From IMG/VR virus record IMGVR_UViG_3300036906_000230, positions 1 to 56,792 of that record: a stretch of 56,792 nt of DNA; one strand, written 5' to 3'. How positions within the stretch are numbered: position 1 is the stretch's first letter; each line of letters opens with the position of its first letter. A program made the translations under genes and the position numbers. The DNA is from a virus (lineage: Duplodnaviria > Caudoviricetes). The notes beneath the pieces were generated by a model, which saw only the letters and a program-made list of their open reading frames with translations, was not told the origin of the DNA and made no database searches. This document shows, piece by piece, positions 38,079 through 47,689 of this stretch.

Positions 38079-38726
38079 TTACCGCGCCAGACGGACGCCC
38101 GCCGCTTCGAGCGTGGCGATCAGGCCCTTGGCGTTGTGCTGCGCACGGAAGGCGGCGTATGCTTCGGGATGGTCTTCGAGCATCTGGGCATAGGCGCGCT
38201 CCTTGGTGACCTTGGCCGTGGTCCCAGAGACGTAGAGTCCAGCGGTAGCCTGGCCCCGGTTCTGGCGTGCGAACGAAATGGCCTGCGCCTCCAACTCCTG
38301 GACGCCGCCTGCGCCAGCATTCGGATTCACGTGCGAACTGATCATGCGGCTCTCGCTTTCCGCGACGCGGGCAGCGGTCAGCACGTCGCTGACCTCCGCG
38401 ACGCTCAGATACTGGCCGGCGGCGTTCTTCCGGGTCAGGAACTCCGCGGCCTTTTCGGGCTGGCCGGCCATCTTGCAGAGCGCGGCGATGGCCTGAATGT
38501 CGGATTCGGCGCGCATGCCCTTCAGCGGTTCGCCGCTAATCGCCGCGACGCCGGCAGCTTTCTTCTTGCCTTCGTCTTTGGGTTTGTCCTCGGTCATGTC
38601 GTCATCCTTGTCGTCGTCCTCGGCGGGCGGCTTGGCATCCACCGGATCCGGCTTCTTTTTGGCCTTCTTTTCCTCGGACTCGCCGTCCTTCTTCGCGGCG
38701 GCGGCCTCGGGCTCAATCTGTGCCAT
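38079..38726 (-). CDS. Nested in-frame scaffolding protein (Nu3-like)
   Basis: Internal AAAGGAGA RBS before ATG 38726 (MAQIEPE...). Confidence 0.7.
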   Translation of the reverse strand: MAQIEPEAAAAKKDGESEEKKAKKKPDPVDAKPPAEDDDKDDDMTEDKPKDEGKKKAAGVAAISGEPLKGMRAESDIQAIAALCKMAGQPEKAAEFLTRKNAAGQYLSVAEVSDVLTAARVAESESRMISSHVNPNAGAGGVQELEAQAISFARQNRGQATAGLYVSGTTAKVTKERAYAQMLEDHPEAYAAFRAQHNAKGLIATLEAAGVRLAR

Positions 38727-39650
38727 TGCTGATTCTCCTTTCGTGAGATTTGCGGCTCCCGCCGCCTTGAACGTTACGCCTGCGCCGCCCAGTAACTGGC
38801 GCAGCGCGTTCATGGCATCGTCGAACATGCCAACCTGATCGGCCAGCAGCGGCAGGGCGTTGTCTGCCCATACCACCGCCGCTTGTGTTGCGACGATGTC
38901 TTTCGTGCCGGCCTTGCGATTCCGCGCTACGGTCTCAGTGAAGATGCCGTACTCGCGATCCACCTCGTCCTGAATGTCCGCGCGCGCCCGTTCGGAAAGC
39001 GGCTGATGGGGGTTGCCATCCACCTTGCGCTCGCCCGCGAAGACGTAGGTGTATTTTGCGCCGAGTTCCTTGTCGAACCCCGATTGGTCCACGTGCAGCG
39101 CATACACGCCGACGGAACCGACGGCGCCCGTCCGGTTCAGAAATACCCGGCTGGCAGAACTGGCAATCGCGTAAGCCGCCGACAGCGCGATGTCGTTCGC
39201 GACCGCGTACACGGGCTTGATGCCCCGAATCGAATAGATGTAGTCGGCCAGGTCGAAGCACCCGGCAGTCTCGCCGCCGGGCGAATCGATATCCAGCAGG
39301 ATCGCGCGCGCGCCGCCGTCATCGACCGCGCCGGCTATCTGGCGCTGGATCTGTTCGTAGGAGCTGCACCCGCTCCACGCGGACATGAACGACTCCTTCT
39401 TGAGGAGCACTCCCTGAACTGGGATTACCGCAATTCCGTCCACGACGGCGTAATCCCGCTCACCGCCCGCTTCCATGTAGCGAGCCATCAGCGTGGCCGT
39501 CGCATCCATGCGGACTCTTCGCGCCCAGATCGCGTCCGGGTCGATCCCCAACCGCGGACCGATGGCCTTGATGATCACCTCCAGCTTCGGCGGATGGATC
39601 ATCAGCGGGCAGTTGATGAACCGCGATGCAACGTGAGTCAGATGCGTCAC
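38079..39650 (-). CDS. S49 head maturation protease (lambda gpC-like) with C-terminal scaffold
   Basis: LDIDSPGGE, ALSAAYAIAS, GSVGV motifs; GTGA overlap with the portal stop. Confidence 0.9.
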   Translation of the reverse strand: MTHLTHVASRFINCPLMIHPPKLEVIIKAIGPRLGIDPDAIWARRVRMDATATLMARYMEAGGERDYAVVDGIAVIPVQGVLLKKESFMSAWSGCSSYEQIQRQIAGAVDDGGARAILLDIDSPGGETAGCFDLADYIYSIRGIKPVYAVANDIALSAAYAIASSASRVFLNRTGAVGSVGVYALHVDQSGFDKELGAKYTYVFAGERKVDGNPHQPLSERARADIQDEVDREYGIFTETVARNRKAGTKDIVATQAAVVWADNALPLLADQVGMFDDAMNALRQLLGGAGVTFKAAGAANLTKGESAMAQIEPEAAAAKKDGESEEKKAKKKPDPVDAKPPAEDDDKDDDMTEDKPKDEGKKKAAGVAAISGEPLKGMRAESDIQAIAALCKMAGQPEKAAEFLTRKNAAGQYLSVAEVSDVLTAARVAESESRMISSHVNPNAGAGGVQELEAQAISFARQNRGQATAGLYVSGTTAKVTKERAYAQMLEDHPEAYAAFRAQHNAKGLIATLEAAGVRLAR

Positions 39651-41218
39651 TGAACACCCACCTTGTCGGCCTGCGCGTCCTTCTCGATTTCGTCCTCGGT
39701 GAGGCCTGCGTTGCGGCCCGTCAGCACCTTGCGGCCATCGGAGTCGTAGGAGAGGCCCAGCTTGTCGGCGCGCTCGTTGTCGCCCTGCTGCTGCGCATCG
39801 ATCACCGCCGCGTCGTAGCCCTGCGCGGCGCACTCAATGGAGCGAGTCGAAAGCCCGTCGCGAATCGCGCGCTCGGCAGCCTTCATGTCCTTCTCCGGAT
39901 CGACCCACGGCCAGCCAGGCGTGACCCACTGCGCCGCCTCGAAAGGCTCCGGGTCCTTGTCGTAGGCGTTCAGAAGTTCGATGCCGAACACCATCGCGAG
40001 CATTGCCTCCCGCAGCCACCGTCGATAAATCGGATGGCAAACCTGGAAGATGAACACCGAATGCTGGTACTGTTCGCACTTGCGGCGGAACTCCAGCAGG
40101 CCCGCGCGAATCGAGGAGTAGTTGATCCCCGAGAGATCTCCGCTGATCTGGTATTCTGCGAGGCCCGCGCCGCTGGCGAAGGCCTGTAGGCACGCGCGGA
40201 CGAACGCCTTGTAGTCGCCACTATCCTTGGCATCGGCAAACTGGACCTCTTCGCCGAAGCCCAGAACCGGGAACGTGCCCGGCTCCAGCTTGCTGATCTG
40301 CGTCCCCGGGTCGGTCTGACTCTGCCCGTTCGCGGGTTGATCCGGCGTCATCACCGGATTGTCCGGGCTCACCTGCTTGATGAAGCCGGTGATCATGGCC
40401 GAGATTTTCTTGCGCACGATCTCGGCGTCGGTGTACTGCTCCAGTTCGTAGAGCTTCGCCAGAACGGTGGTGAGCCACGGCTGGCCGCGGAACTGGCCCG
40501 CGCGGATCGGCTTGTACACGTGCAGCACATCCGCCGCCTGCACGCGCTCCACCTGGAGCGCCTCGAGCGGATAGAACATCGTCTCTCCCGGATGCGCTCT
40601 CCAGAAGTGGTAAGCCGCCCGCCGCCCATCGGGGCGGAACTCGACTCCGCACCGCACCCGGTTCGCATCCGGCACGTCCGGCGCGGGCTGATTGCGCCAC
40701 AGCGGCAACTGTTCCGCTTCGATCAACTGCAACTGGAGCGGCACCGCCAGGCCCTCTTTCGGCGCGCGCGGCCTGAAGCGGACAAAGCATTCGCCAGCCT
40801 CCATCACTTCGCGCGCGATGATCATCTGCTGGCCGTAGAAATCCGTCTGGCCGGACGCCGGGTTCTTCGGGTCGTACTCGACGTCCGACTCCCGAATCCA
40901 CCGCGCCCACTTCTGCCGGATCACTTCGCGGATCTGCTCGTCCGGGTGCTGCGGGATCAGCCGGATGCCTCGTCCGATGGCGTTCGCCACATACGAATCC
41001 ACCGCTCCCGCCGCCCAGGCGCTGTTGCGCACGGCGTCGCGGTTGCGGGTCAGCAGTTCCAGCCCGTGCGAGAACAGGAGCGTGTTGAGGCCCAGGTAGC
41101 TGGGATTCCATCCGTAGCCCCGACGCCCTTTGCCCGCCGCCTCGAAAGGAGTGGTTCCCATGGCCTGGCGCACGGGCGGCGCAATCGTCATCTGAGCAGC
41201 TCTACGGACGAGGTTCAT
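39647..41218 (-). CDS. Portal protein, lambda family
   Basis: LQLIEAEQL, DVLHVY, GQFRGQPW, NYSSIRAGLLEF, WVDPEKD motifs. Confidence 0.95.
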   Translation of the reverse strand: MNLVRRAAQMTIAPPVRQAMGTTPFEAAGKGRRGYGWNPSYLGLNTLLFSHGLELLTRNRDAVRNSAWAAGAVDSYVANAIGRGIRLIPQHPDEQIREVIRQKWARWIRESDVEYDPKNPASGQTDFYGQQMIIAREVMEAGECFVRFRPRAPKEGLAVPLQLQLIEAEQLPLWRNQPAPDVPDANRVRCGVEFRPDGRRAAYHFWRAHPGETMFYPLEALQVERVQAADVLHVYKPIRAGQFRGQPWLTTVLAKLYELEQYTDAEIVRKKISAMITGFIKQVSPDNPVMTPDQPANGQSQTDPGTQISKLEPGTFPVLGFGEEVQFADAKDSGDYKAFVRACLQAFASGAGLAEYQISGDLSGINYSSIRAGLLEFRRKCEQYQHSVFIFQVCHPIYRRWLREAMLAMVFGIELLNAYDKDPEPFEAAQWVTPGWPWVDPEKDMKAAERAIRDGLSTRSIECAAQGYDAAVIDAQQQGDNERADKLGLSYDSDGRKVLTGRNAGLTEDEIEKDAQADKVGVQ

Positions 41219-41507
41219 TGCGCTCCACCGAGATCAGCATTCCAAGCCACACCGCGATCCCACCGCCGACGATTGGCCCCAGTGGGTGATAGATCATCCA
41301 ACAGCCGCACACGACTGCTCCCATGCCGCCGAAGAACAGGGACTTTTCGAGCACCGCCGGAGTTCGCTTCCGGCACGCCGCCGCGAGAAGTCCGCCACCG
41401 CGCCGCACCGCCGCAACCGCGCGGGCCGGCGTGGACCGCGCATGCGGCTTCCGCGCCGCCGCTGCAATGGCCTGGAAGGGGTTCTCTTCCACGCTCAGTG
41501 TCCCCAT
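41202..41507 (-). CDS. Small two-TM membrane protein
   Basis: SLFFGGMGAVVCGCWMIYHPLGPIVGGGIAVWLG; sits just before the portal gene. Confidence 0.55.
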   Translation of the reverse strand: MGTLSVEENPFQAIAAAARKPHARSTPARAVAAVRRGGGLLAAACRKRTPAVLEKSLFFGGMGAVVCGCWMIYHPLGPIVGGGIAVWLGMLISVERNEPRP

Positions 41508-41707
41508 CCGCTTCTCGTGTAAATCCGGACTTGCCGAATCTGCTGCGGCCCGGTCTGCTGCGCGATATCGTTGAGTATCAGATTCCGGAGCTTGATGTAG
41601 TCGTCCACGGAATCGAATTCAAAGTCGCGATCTTGAAACCGGATGCGCTTCGCCCCTTGCTTGCGCGCCGCGTCGAGTGCATCGAGATCGGTCTGGGTGA
41701 ACGCCAT
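41495..41707 (-). CDS. gpW-like head-tail adaptor
   Basis: MAFTQTDLDAL..A..GAKRIRFQDR pattern. Confidence 0.8.
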   Translation of the reverse strand: MAFTQTDLDALDAARKQGAKRIRFQDRDFEFDSVDDYIKLRNLILNDIAQQTGPQQIRQVRIYTRSGWGH

Positions 41708-43621
41708 TCAGATTTCCACCTTGAATCGGACCTGGTTGCGCGGCCGTGCCGCCGGGGCTCGCTGCTCTTGTTGCTTTTCGTCCGGTGCCGAAGGCGGTGC
41801 CACCCGGCGCTCCCATTCGGCCCAGTGCTTCTCCTGGAACCTGTCGATGCCGGCCCGCCCCGCCGCGGCGCGCGCGTAAACACGGCAGTCGAGCGCCTCA
41901 TTGCGCTCGCGCATCTTCTGCCACTCGTGCCGCCGGTAGCCCTTGACCAGCTTCGTCACCAGTTGTTCGGCGGTGATCTGCTTGAAGTACTCCTCGCCGT
42001 ACTTCGGAAAGTGGCAGTAGCCCGCCGGAAACGGCATTCCGCGGGTCAGGTCTTCATCGGTAGGCCGGTCCAGGCGCAGCCACCGATACAGTTCCTCCTT
42101 CGCCATCCCCGAGTTCACCGGCCAAATACGGATACCGCGTTTGATCCGGGCGCCCAACGGGCCCACATCGACTGGCGATGCCGCACCGAGCAGTGCTGGC
42201 GCGCGCGAATCGCCCTTGATCACCAGCACTCGGCCGCCTTGCCGCCGCGCCCACTGGTAGACCTCGGTAGTGGCGAACCCGGAATCGACGGCGAGCTGCA
42301 GGATGGGCAACTCCAGCCCAGAAGCCGTGGTGAACGTTTCGTTCAGCAAACCGGTCAGCTTTTCCCACACAAGCGGGCGCGACGTGTCGCCTTCCAACAC
42401 CCGGTAATCAACCGACCACGACTCCTTGCCGCGCCCCCAGGCAACAATCTCAACCTCGATGCGGTCCTTCTGAACGTCCGCGCCCGCCGTCAGCAGCACC
42501 CCGCCGCGCGGCACGATGCCGATCTTGTACGTCTCGCGGCGGTCGTAGAGTTTCTGCCACTCCGGCGCCTCGCCCAGCAGCGTCCAGGTCTCGCCCAGCA
42601 CCGTGTTGACGAAGACCTGAAGAAGCGCTGGGTTCTTCTGCGCCTGGTCGAACTGCTTGGCAGCGTCGCCCCAGGAGAACCACCCGACCGGCGAGTAGAG
42701 GCTGGACAGGTGAAAGCCGGCCGTCTTGTGATCCCAGTTCGCGCCGGGATTCGCGCGCCACTGGCCGCGCGCCAACATCCATTGCTTCTGGTGATTCTGA
42801 ATCTCCTGGCCGCAGTGCTCGCACACGTACACCGCTTTGTCCGGCTGTCCCTTCGGCCACCGGATCTGCGCGAACTTCAGAACCTGGAATTCCCGGCACA
42901 CCGGACATGGCACCCAATAATGCCGCCGGTCGCTCTCCTCGAAGACCGCCTCGATCCGGCTCATGCCGGTGATCTTCGGCGTCGAAACCATGAAGACCTT
43001 CCGCCGCGCGAACGTCCGCGTGCGGGCCAGCGCGAGGTTGATCGGATCGCCTTCGCCGTCCACGTCGCCCGGATAGCCGTCGATCTCGTCGAGGAACAGG
43101 TACCGCGCCGCCATCGAGCGCAGGCCGACGGCGCTGTTCGCACCGGTCATCACCAGTACGCCGCCGGGGAATTCCTTCGACAGCATCGTGTTGCCGGAGT
43201 CGCGCGACCTGGGATCGCTCACCAGCGCGCGCAGCACTTCGGACTCTTCGATCAGCGGATCGATGCGCTGCTTCGAGTTGCGTTTGGCCATCTCCACGGT
43301 CGGCTGGACCGCCATCATCGGGCCTTGCGCCTGGTGGATCACGTACCCGATCCAGTTGTTCCCGCACTCGGTGCCGCCGATCTGCGCGCCCTTCATGAAC
43401 GCGGTCCGCTCCGTCGGTGACGACGGCGACAGGCAGTCCATGATCTCGCGCAGGTACGGCGTCCGATCCGTGCGCCACGGGCCCGGCTCTGCGCTCGCCC
43501 GCTGCGATAGCTTCCGGTATTTGTCGGCCCACTGGGAGATCGTGAGCAGCGGGTCCGGGCGCATGCCGGCCGCAGCCGCCGCGGAATAGATCTCTTCAGC
43601 CGTTGGCGTCGGCAAAATCAT
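41708..43621 (-). CDS. terL: Terminase large subunit (GpA family)
   Basis: KGAQIGGTE, LFLDEID, STP, FVNTVLGETW, GADVQKDR, RNEALDC motifs. Confidence 0.97.
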   Translation of the reverse strand: MILPTPTAEEIYSAAAAAGMRPDPLLTISQWADKYRKLSQRASAEPGPWRTDRTPYLREIMDCLSPSSPTERTAFMKGAQIGGTECGNNWIGYVIHQAQGPMMAVQPTVEMAKRNSKQRIDPLIEESEVLRALVSDPRSRDSGNTMLSKEFPGGVLVMTGANSAVGLRSMAARYLFLDEIDGYPGDVDGEGDPINLALARTRTFARRKVFMVSTPKITGMSRIEAVFEESDRRHYWVPCPVCREFQVLKFAQIRWPKGQPDKAVYVCEHCGQEIQNHQKQWMLARGQWRANPGANWDHKTAGFHLSSLYSPVGWFSWGDAAKQFDQAQKNPALLQVFVNTVLGETWTLLGEAPEWQKLYDRRETYKIGIVPRGGVLLTAGADVQKDRIEVEIVAWGRGKESWSVDYRVLEGDTSRPLVWEKLTGLLNETFTTASGLELPILQLAVDSGFATTEVYQWARRQGGRVLVIKGDSRAPALLGAASPVDVGPLGARIKRGIRIWPVNSGMAKEELYRWLRLDRPTDEDLTRGMPFPAGYCHFPKYGEEYFKQITAEQLVTKLVKGYRRHEWQKMRERNEALDCRVYARAAAGRAGIDRFQEKHWAEWERRVAPPSAPDEKQQEQRAPAARPRNQVRFKVEI

Positions 43622-44084
43622 TCAAAGCCTTCCTGAGTTCGCTGGTCAGGATTTCGTAGCACTTCGCCGGTTCGGTTTCCGCGGCAAGGATCGCGGCCAG
43701 CCGGTCCGGAATGTTGAGGACGTGGTCGCGGTAGCGCCGAAAGAGATTGAACGCCGTGACCTTCACCTCGTCGGCGGGAATCAGCGTCGCGGTTCTCTCC
43801 TCGAATTCGAGCTTGGCGAGCCGCGCCTGGTAATGCTCCCGCACGGCGCGTGCTTTGTTGTACTGCGACGCGCCAAAGGCGTCGATGTCGTCGTCCTGCT
43901 GGCTGCGGCGCGACCCGGGCGGCACCGCCTGGCGCGTGTTGCGCGCCCATTCCTTGTCCGCGACATCGGAATCGATCTGTCCATCCGGCAGGGTCTGGAT
44001 GCGATTGGTGGCGATGGCCTCCTGCACCGTGCTGATCGCGCATCCGCGATGGCGGGCATAGGCCCGCTGGCTCATAATCGCCAT
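43596..44084 (-). CDS. terS: Terminase small subunit (Nu1-like)
   Basis: N-terminal HTH (SQRAYARHRG), YNKARAVREHYQARLAKLE. Confidence 0.85.
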   Translation of the reverse strand: MAIMSQRAYARHRGCAISTVQEAIATNRIQTLPDGQIDSDVADKEWARNTRQAVPPGSRRSQQDDDIDAFGASQYNKARAVREHYQARLAKLEFEERTATLIPADEVKVTAFNLFRRYRDHVLNIPDRLAAILAAETEPAKCYEILTSELRKALNDFADANG

Positions 44085-44105
44085 GAAAATCCTCTAAAAC
44101 ATCAC

Positions 44106-44142
44106 TTGCATTCCGGGCCAACCGGAGTGATGAATCGTCATG
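44106..44142 (+). promoter_or_regulatory. Repeated promoter-like element, copy 1
   Basis: TTGC-N11-ACCGGAGTGATGAATCGTCATG; repeated at 44691-44727. Confidence 0.65.
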
Positions 44143-44183
44143 CAAGCGGACCGAAGCCGCAGAAAAGGAAACAGGAAACCAAC

Positions 44184-44624
44184 ATGACGAACGAAACAGC
44201 AGCCACCGTAGAAACCGCCGCCGTTGCGGAACAGGGCGCGAACGTCGCGCCGGAGAAGGCATCCTCGAAGAAGGGCGCCAGCCAGAAGAAGGGCGCGCCC
44301 AAGGCCAAGAAAGCCGCCAAGACAGCGCCGCCCAAGAAGGAAGCGAAGACCCCGCCCAAGAAGGTTGCCAAGGAGAAGGCCCCCACCAGCAAGAAGGCGT
44401 CCAAACCGGCCGCCGAATCGCGCGACGGCAGCAAGAAGGGCATCGTGATCGAGCTCCTGCGCCGCAAGGATGGTGCAACGCTGGCCGAGATCGCCAAGGC
44501 CACCGACTGGCAGAACCACAGCATCCGGGGCTTCATTTCCGGCCAACTGACCAAGAAGATGGGCCTCATCGTCGAGTCCAGCAAGAATGAAGCTGGCGAG
44601 CGGACCTACCGGTTGGCGAAATAG
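44184..44624 (+). CDS. DUF3489 protein with Lys/Ala-rich N-terminus
   Basis: RDGSKKGIVIELLRRKDGATLAEIAKATDWQNHSIRGFISG motif. Confidence 0.9.
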   Translation: MTNETAATVETAAVAEQGANVAPEKASSKKGASQKKGAPKAKKAAKTAPPKKEAKTPPKKVAKEKAPTSKKASKPAAESRDGSKKGIVIELLRRKDGATLAEIAKATDWQNHSIRGFISGQLTKKMGLIVESSKNEAGERTYRLAK

Positions 44625-44638
44625 GTCCAGCCCACCGC

Positions 44639-44668
44639 GCCGCCGCCCGCGAGGGCGGCGGCTTCTCT
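44639..44668 (+). terminator. Intrinsic terminator
   Basis: GCCGCCGCCC-GCGA-GGGCGGCGGC followed by TTCTCT. Confidence 0.7.
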
Positions 44669-44690
44669 GCTTCTGGGCCCGATTATTCCC

Positions 44691-44727
44691 TTGCCTTTCC
44701 TCCGGACCGGAGTGATGAATCGTCATG
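44691..44727 (+). promoter_or_regulatory. Repeated promoter-like element, copy 2
   Basis: Identical 22-mer and the same TTGC offset as copy 1; directly before ATG 44729. Confidence 0.65.
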
Positions 44728-44728
44728 T

Positions 44729-45061
44729 ATGAAGCACGCCACCAAGAAACAAAACAACAAGCGCCACCCGCTCTTCGGACGCGTGGAAGGCGACGCCGAC
44801 CTGGGAATCGCGATGCTGATCGCGGAAACCGAAGGCGGCCAGTACGAACTGAACGGCCCGGTCGCCACGATTAACGAAGCCATCGAGTGCGCCCAGCACG
44901 ACATGGCCAGCCGGATGCGCGACGTGGAGCGTGGCGGCGAACCGGCCTGCCCCGCGATCTACAAGGTCTGGTCCCGCGATTACGAGGGCGAGTACACGGT
45001 GATCTACGAGATCGACGCCGCCACCCTGAAGCCAGCCGCGACTACCCGGAAGCGCAAGTAA
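44729..45061 (+). CDS. Hypothetical protein (moron)
   Basis: Has its own promoter-like repeat and terminator. Confidence 0.7.
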   Translation: MKHATKKQNNKRHPLFGRVEGDADLGIAMLIAETEGGQYELNGPVATINEAIECAQHDMASRMRDVERGGEPACPAIYKVWSRDYEGEYTVIYEIDAATLKPAATTRKRK

Positions 45062-45078
45062 ACCACCTCCGCATCCAC

Positions 45079-45112
45079 GCCGCCAGCGTTCTGCTGGCGG
45101 CTTTCTCTATTT
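45079..45112 (+). terminator. Intrinsic terminator
   Basis: GCCGCCAGC-loop-GCTGGCGGC followed by TTTCTCTATTT. Confidence 0.7.
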
Positions 45113-45340
45113 GGGCGCGGCATCCGGCACGGGCGGCAGCAACGCCACCAGGAACTCCGCGATGCAGGCTTTCCACGTGTTTCCCACGTGTTCATCCATC
45201 ACATCGAACGGCGCTGAGGCCGCATCCACGCCAACCGACTGCGCGATTTCAATCAACGACGCGAAGGACCGATCCGCCAGCGTCTGCAAATGCGGCGCGA
45301 CGCGCGGATCGTCACAACGATCAGACCACTGCGATTCCAT
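45107..45340 (-). CDS. Hypothetical protein
   Basis: Overlaps the upstream small ORF in the late operon. Confidence 0.45.
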   Translation of the reverse strand: MESQWSDRCDDPRVAPHLQTLADRSFASLIEIAQSVGVDAASAPFDVMDEHVGNTWKACIAEFLVALLPPVPDAAPK

Positions 45341-45485
45341 TCGAAGCCTCCAGGATTTCCAACGCTTCCTTCATCGGGTGCCACAGCCCGGTCTTCGGGT
45401 CGCGGTAGCGCACCCAACCACGGTCCGCATTCGTCCGGTATGCCCAGCCGGCATCGGTCAGCCTCGCGTGATTACTACGTTCCAT
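45321..45485 (-). CDS. Small hypothetical protein (54 aa, MERSNHARL...), not in the ORF track
   Basis: CAGGAGG RBS; overlaps the MTase stop. Confidence 0.55.
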   Translation of the reverse strand: MERSNHARLTDAGWAYRTNADRGWVRYRDPKTGLWHPMKEALEILEASNGIAVV

Positions 45486-46806
45486 TGCGCGCCTCCTGCG
45501 AGTGGCTCACCGGATGAGCCACCTCAACTTCGACCGCCAGATCGTTGAACGCGCGGCCGGAGTCGGCGTGCCGCGCGACGTCGCCCGTGTATTCCTGCCA
45601 GCGACGAATCGCCACGTCGCAGTACCTGGGCTCCAATTCGACCAGCCGTGCCTGCCGACCCGCCTTCTCGCAAGCGATCATCGTTGTCCCGGATCCTCCA
45701 AACGGGTCGAGGACGGTGTCGCGCGTCTTGCTGCTGTTGCGGAGCGCGCGCTCGACCAACTCCACCGGCTTCATAGTCGGGTGCTCCTGGCTGCTTGCGG
45801 GCCGCTTGATGAACCAGATGTCGCCCTGGTCCCTGGCGCCGCACCAGAAGTGCTCGGTTCCCTTGCGCCAGCCGTAGAGAATCGGTTCGTACTGTCGCTG
45901 GTAATCCGATCGGCCCAGCGTGAAATGGTGCTTCGCCCAAATCACGAACGTGGACCAGTAGCCGCCCGCATCCGCGAATGCCTGGTAGAGCGTGTGCAGC
46001 TCCGACGACGACATGCAGACGTAAATTGCGCCCTTGGTGACCGCCAGCATGTTGGCGCTGGCGTCCCGCAGGAATTCATAGAACTTGCCGGCCAGAGCAT
46101 CGTTACCGATCTTGAGCTTCCTGGCGGTCTTGCCCTCGTAGTCGACGTTATACGGAGGATCGGTGAAGACCATGTCGGCCAGCCCGCCGGCCATGATCTT
46201 TTCGATATCGGCCATTTGCGTGGCGTCGCCGCACAGCAAGCGATGCTCGCCCAGCAGCCACACATCGCCGAGGACCGTAACAGCCTTCTCCTGCTCGTCC
46301 GGAACCGCATCGTCCTCGGTCAATCCGTCGTGCGTCTCTTCAGGCGCCAGGAGATCCTCAATCTCCTCGTCGGTGAAGCCAACGATATCGAGATCGAAGT
46401 TTTCTTCCTTTAGCGACGTCAACTCGACGCGCAACATCTCCTCGTCCCAACCGGCATTCATCGCCAGGCGGTTGTCCGCGAGCACCAGCGCGCGGCGCTG
46501 CGCCGGAGTAAGGTGGTCGAGGACGATGACTGGGACATCGGCCATCTTCAACTTGCGCGCCGCCGCCAGGCGCGCATGGCCGGCGATGATGACGCCATCG
46601 CCGCCCACCAGAATAGGATTCGTCCACCCGAACTCGATGATGGATGCCGCAACCTGCGCCACCTGCTCGTCGCTGTGCGTCCGTGCGTTCCGCGCGTAAG
46701 GAATGAGGCGGTCGATGGGCCAGCGTTCGACAACGAGATCGCGCAGAACACGCTCCGTGATGGTGGCGCTCACATGATGCTTGGCTGTGTCCTGCGCGAT
46801 CTGCAT
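45475..46806 (-). CDS. ParB-N-terminal + N6/N4 DNA methyltransferase (DPPY)
   Basis: RNARTHS, IIAGHAR, FTDPPY, HPTMKPV, DPFGGSG motifs. Confidence 0.92.
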   Translation of the reverse strand: MQIAQDTAKHHVSATITERVLRDLVVERWPIDRLIPYARNARTHSDEQVAQVAASIIEFGWTNPILVGGDGVIIAGHARLAAARKLKMADVPVIVLDHLTPAQRRALVLADNRLAMNAGWDEEMLRVELTSLKEENFDLDIVGFTDEEIEDLLAPEETHDGLTEDDAVPDEQEKAVTVLGDVWLLGEHRLLCGDATQMADIEKIMAGGLADMVFTDPPYNVDYEGKTARKLKIGNDALAGKFYEFLRDASANMLAVTKGAIYVCMSSSELHTLYQAFADAGGYWSTFVIWAKHHFTLGRSDYQRQYEPILYGWRKGTEHFWCGARDQGDIWFIKRPASSQEHPTMKPVELVERALRNSSKTRDTVLDPFGGSGTTMIACEKAGRQARLVELEPRYCDVAIRRWQEYTGDVARHADSGRAFNDLAVEVEVAHPVSHSQEARNGT

Positions 46807-46808
46807 AT

Positions 46809-46988
46809 TCACTGCTTGGCGAGGTGCGCGCCGAGGGCCGATGCGACGGCCTGCTGGTGAGAAGCCGGAGTCTGGCCGGCGGTGAAAGCGGCTTCGATGG
46901 CCTGCACGAGCGCCACCACCTCCTGCGTCAACTGAATGCCGGAGGGAGCCACGCTGAGAATCGTCTGGATGATCTGCAAGAAGTTCAT
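46809..46988 (-). CDS. Small amphipathic hypothetical protein
   Basis: AAAGGA RBS, MNFLQIIQ start. Confidence 0.6.
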   Translation of the reverse strand: MNFLQIIQTILSVAPSGIQLTQEVVALVQAIEAAFTAGQTPASHQQAVASALGAHLAKQ

Positions 46989-47092
46989 CGTGTTGTTCCT
47001 TTCTGGTCCGCAATCGGGAAAGCCGAGAGGAGCGGTCTTGGACCGGAGGGTTCCGCAACCGCCCCACATCGGGCTCTCCCGTATGGGGAGAG

Positions 47093-47611
47093 TTACGCCG
47101 TCGGCTTGGCCTGGGTCTGGGAAGGGGTTGACGCACCACCCGAAGCCGTCACGACGACGGGCACCAGCGCCGCGATCGTCTGCGAGATCGCGGCAGCAAG
47201 AGCGCTCGCGATCACCGGCGTGAGCGACGTGAACAGGTTCGCAACGTTGGCCGTGACAGCCTCCGCGCTCACCGCCTCACCCGCTCCGGCCGCCGCGACG
47301 GCGCCCTTGGTGGTTTCGCTGGCCGCAGTGCCTGCGGGCGACACGGTCTGCTGACCCTCGGTCGTGCCGACCTGACCGGCCAGCACGATGCCGGCGTTGA
47401 TGGCGTGGTCGATAGTGGCCGCGTTCTGCGCGCGGCGGCTGGCGGTCTGCGCCAAGTCCAGCGAGACCGCTTCCCAAGCGCGCTGCCGCGCCAGGGTTTC
47501 GCGACGGTTGTCGAGCTCCTCGTCGAAGAGGAGTTTGATGTTCTCGGCGCCGCCCAACAGACTGGGCTGATGGGTGACACACGGAGAGAGATTCGGATTA
47601 CCTTCTGCCAT
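47093..47611 (-). CDS. Ala/Thr-rich helical hypothetical protein
   Basis: AAAGGA RBS; clean codon usage. Confidence 0.7.
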   Translation of the reverse strand: MAEGNPNLSPCVTHQPSLLGGAENIKLLFDEELDNRRETLARQRAWEAVSLDLAQTASRRAQNAATIDHAINAGIVLAGQVGTTEGQQTVSPAGTAASETTKGAVAAAGAGEAVSAEAVTANVANLFTSLTPVIASALAAAISQTIAALVPVVVTASGGASTPSQTQAKPTA

Positions 47612-47689
47612 ACGGGAAATGTCCTTTCGGTTGAAATTCGGATTGGTTATGCGGCCTGGAACACCAGGCCGCGAAATGGAGAAGCGAGA

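Noticed and set aside
40337-43420. 1027-aa + strand ORF and other long antisense ORFs
   Set aside because: Shadow frames of genuine high-GC genes (terminase, portal, TMP and others)
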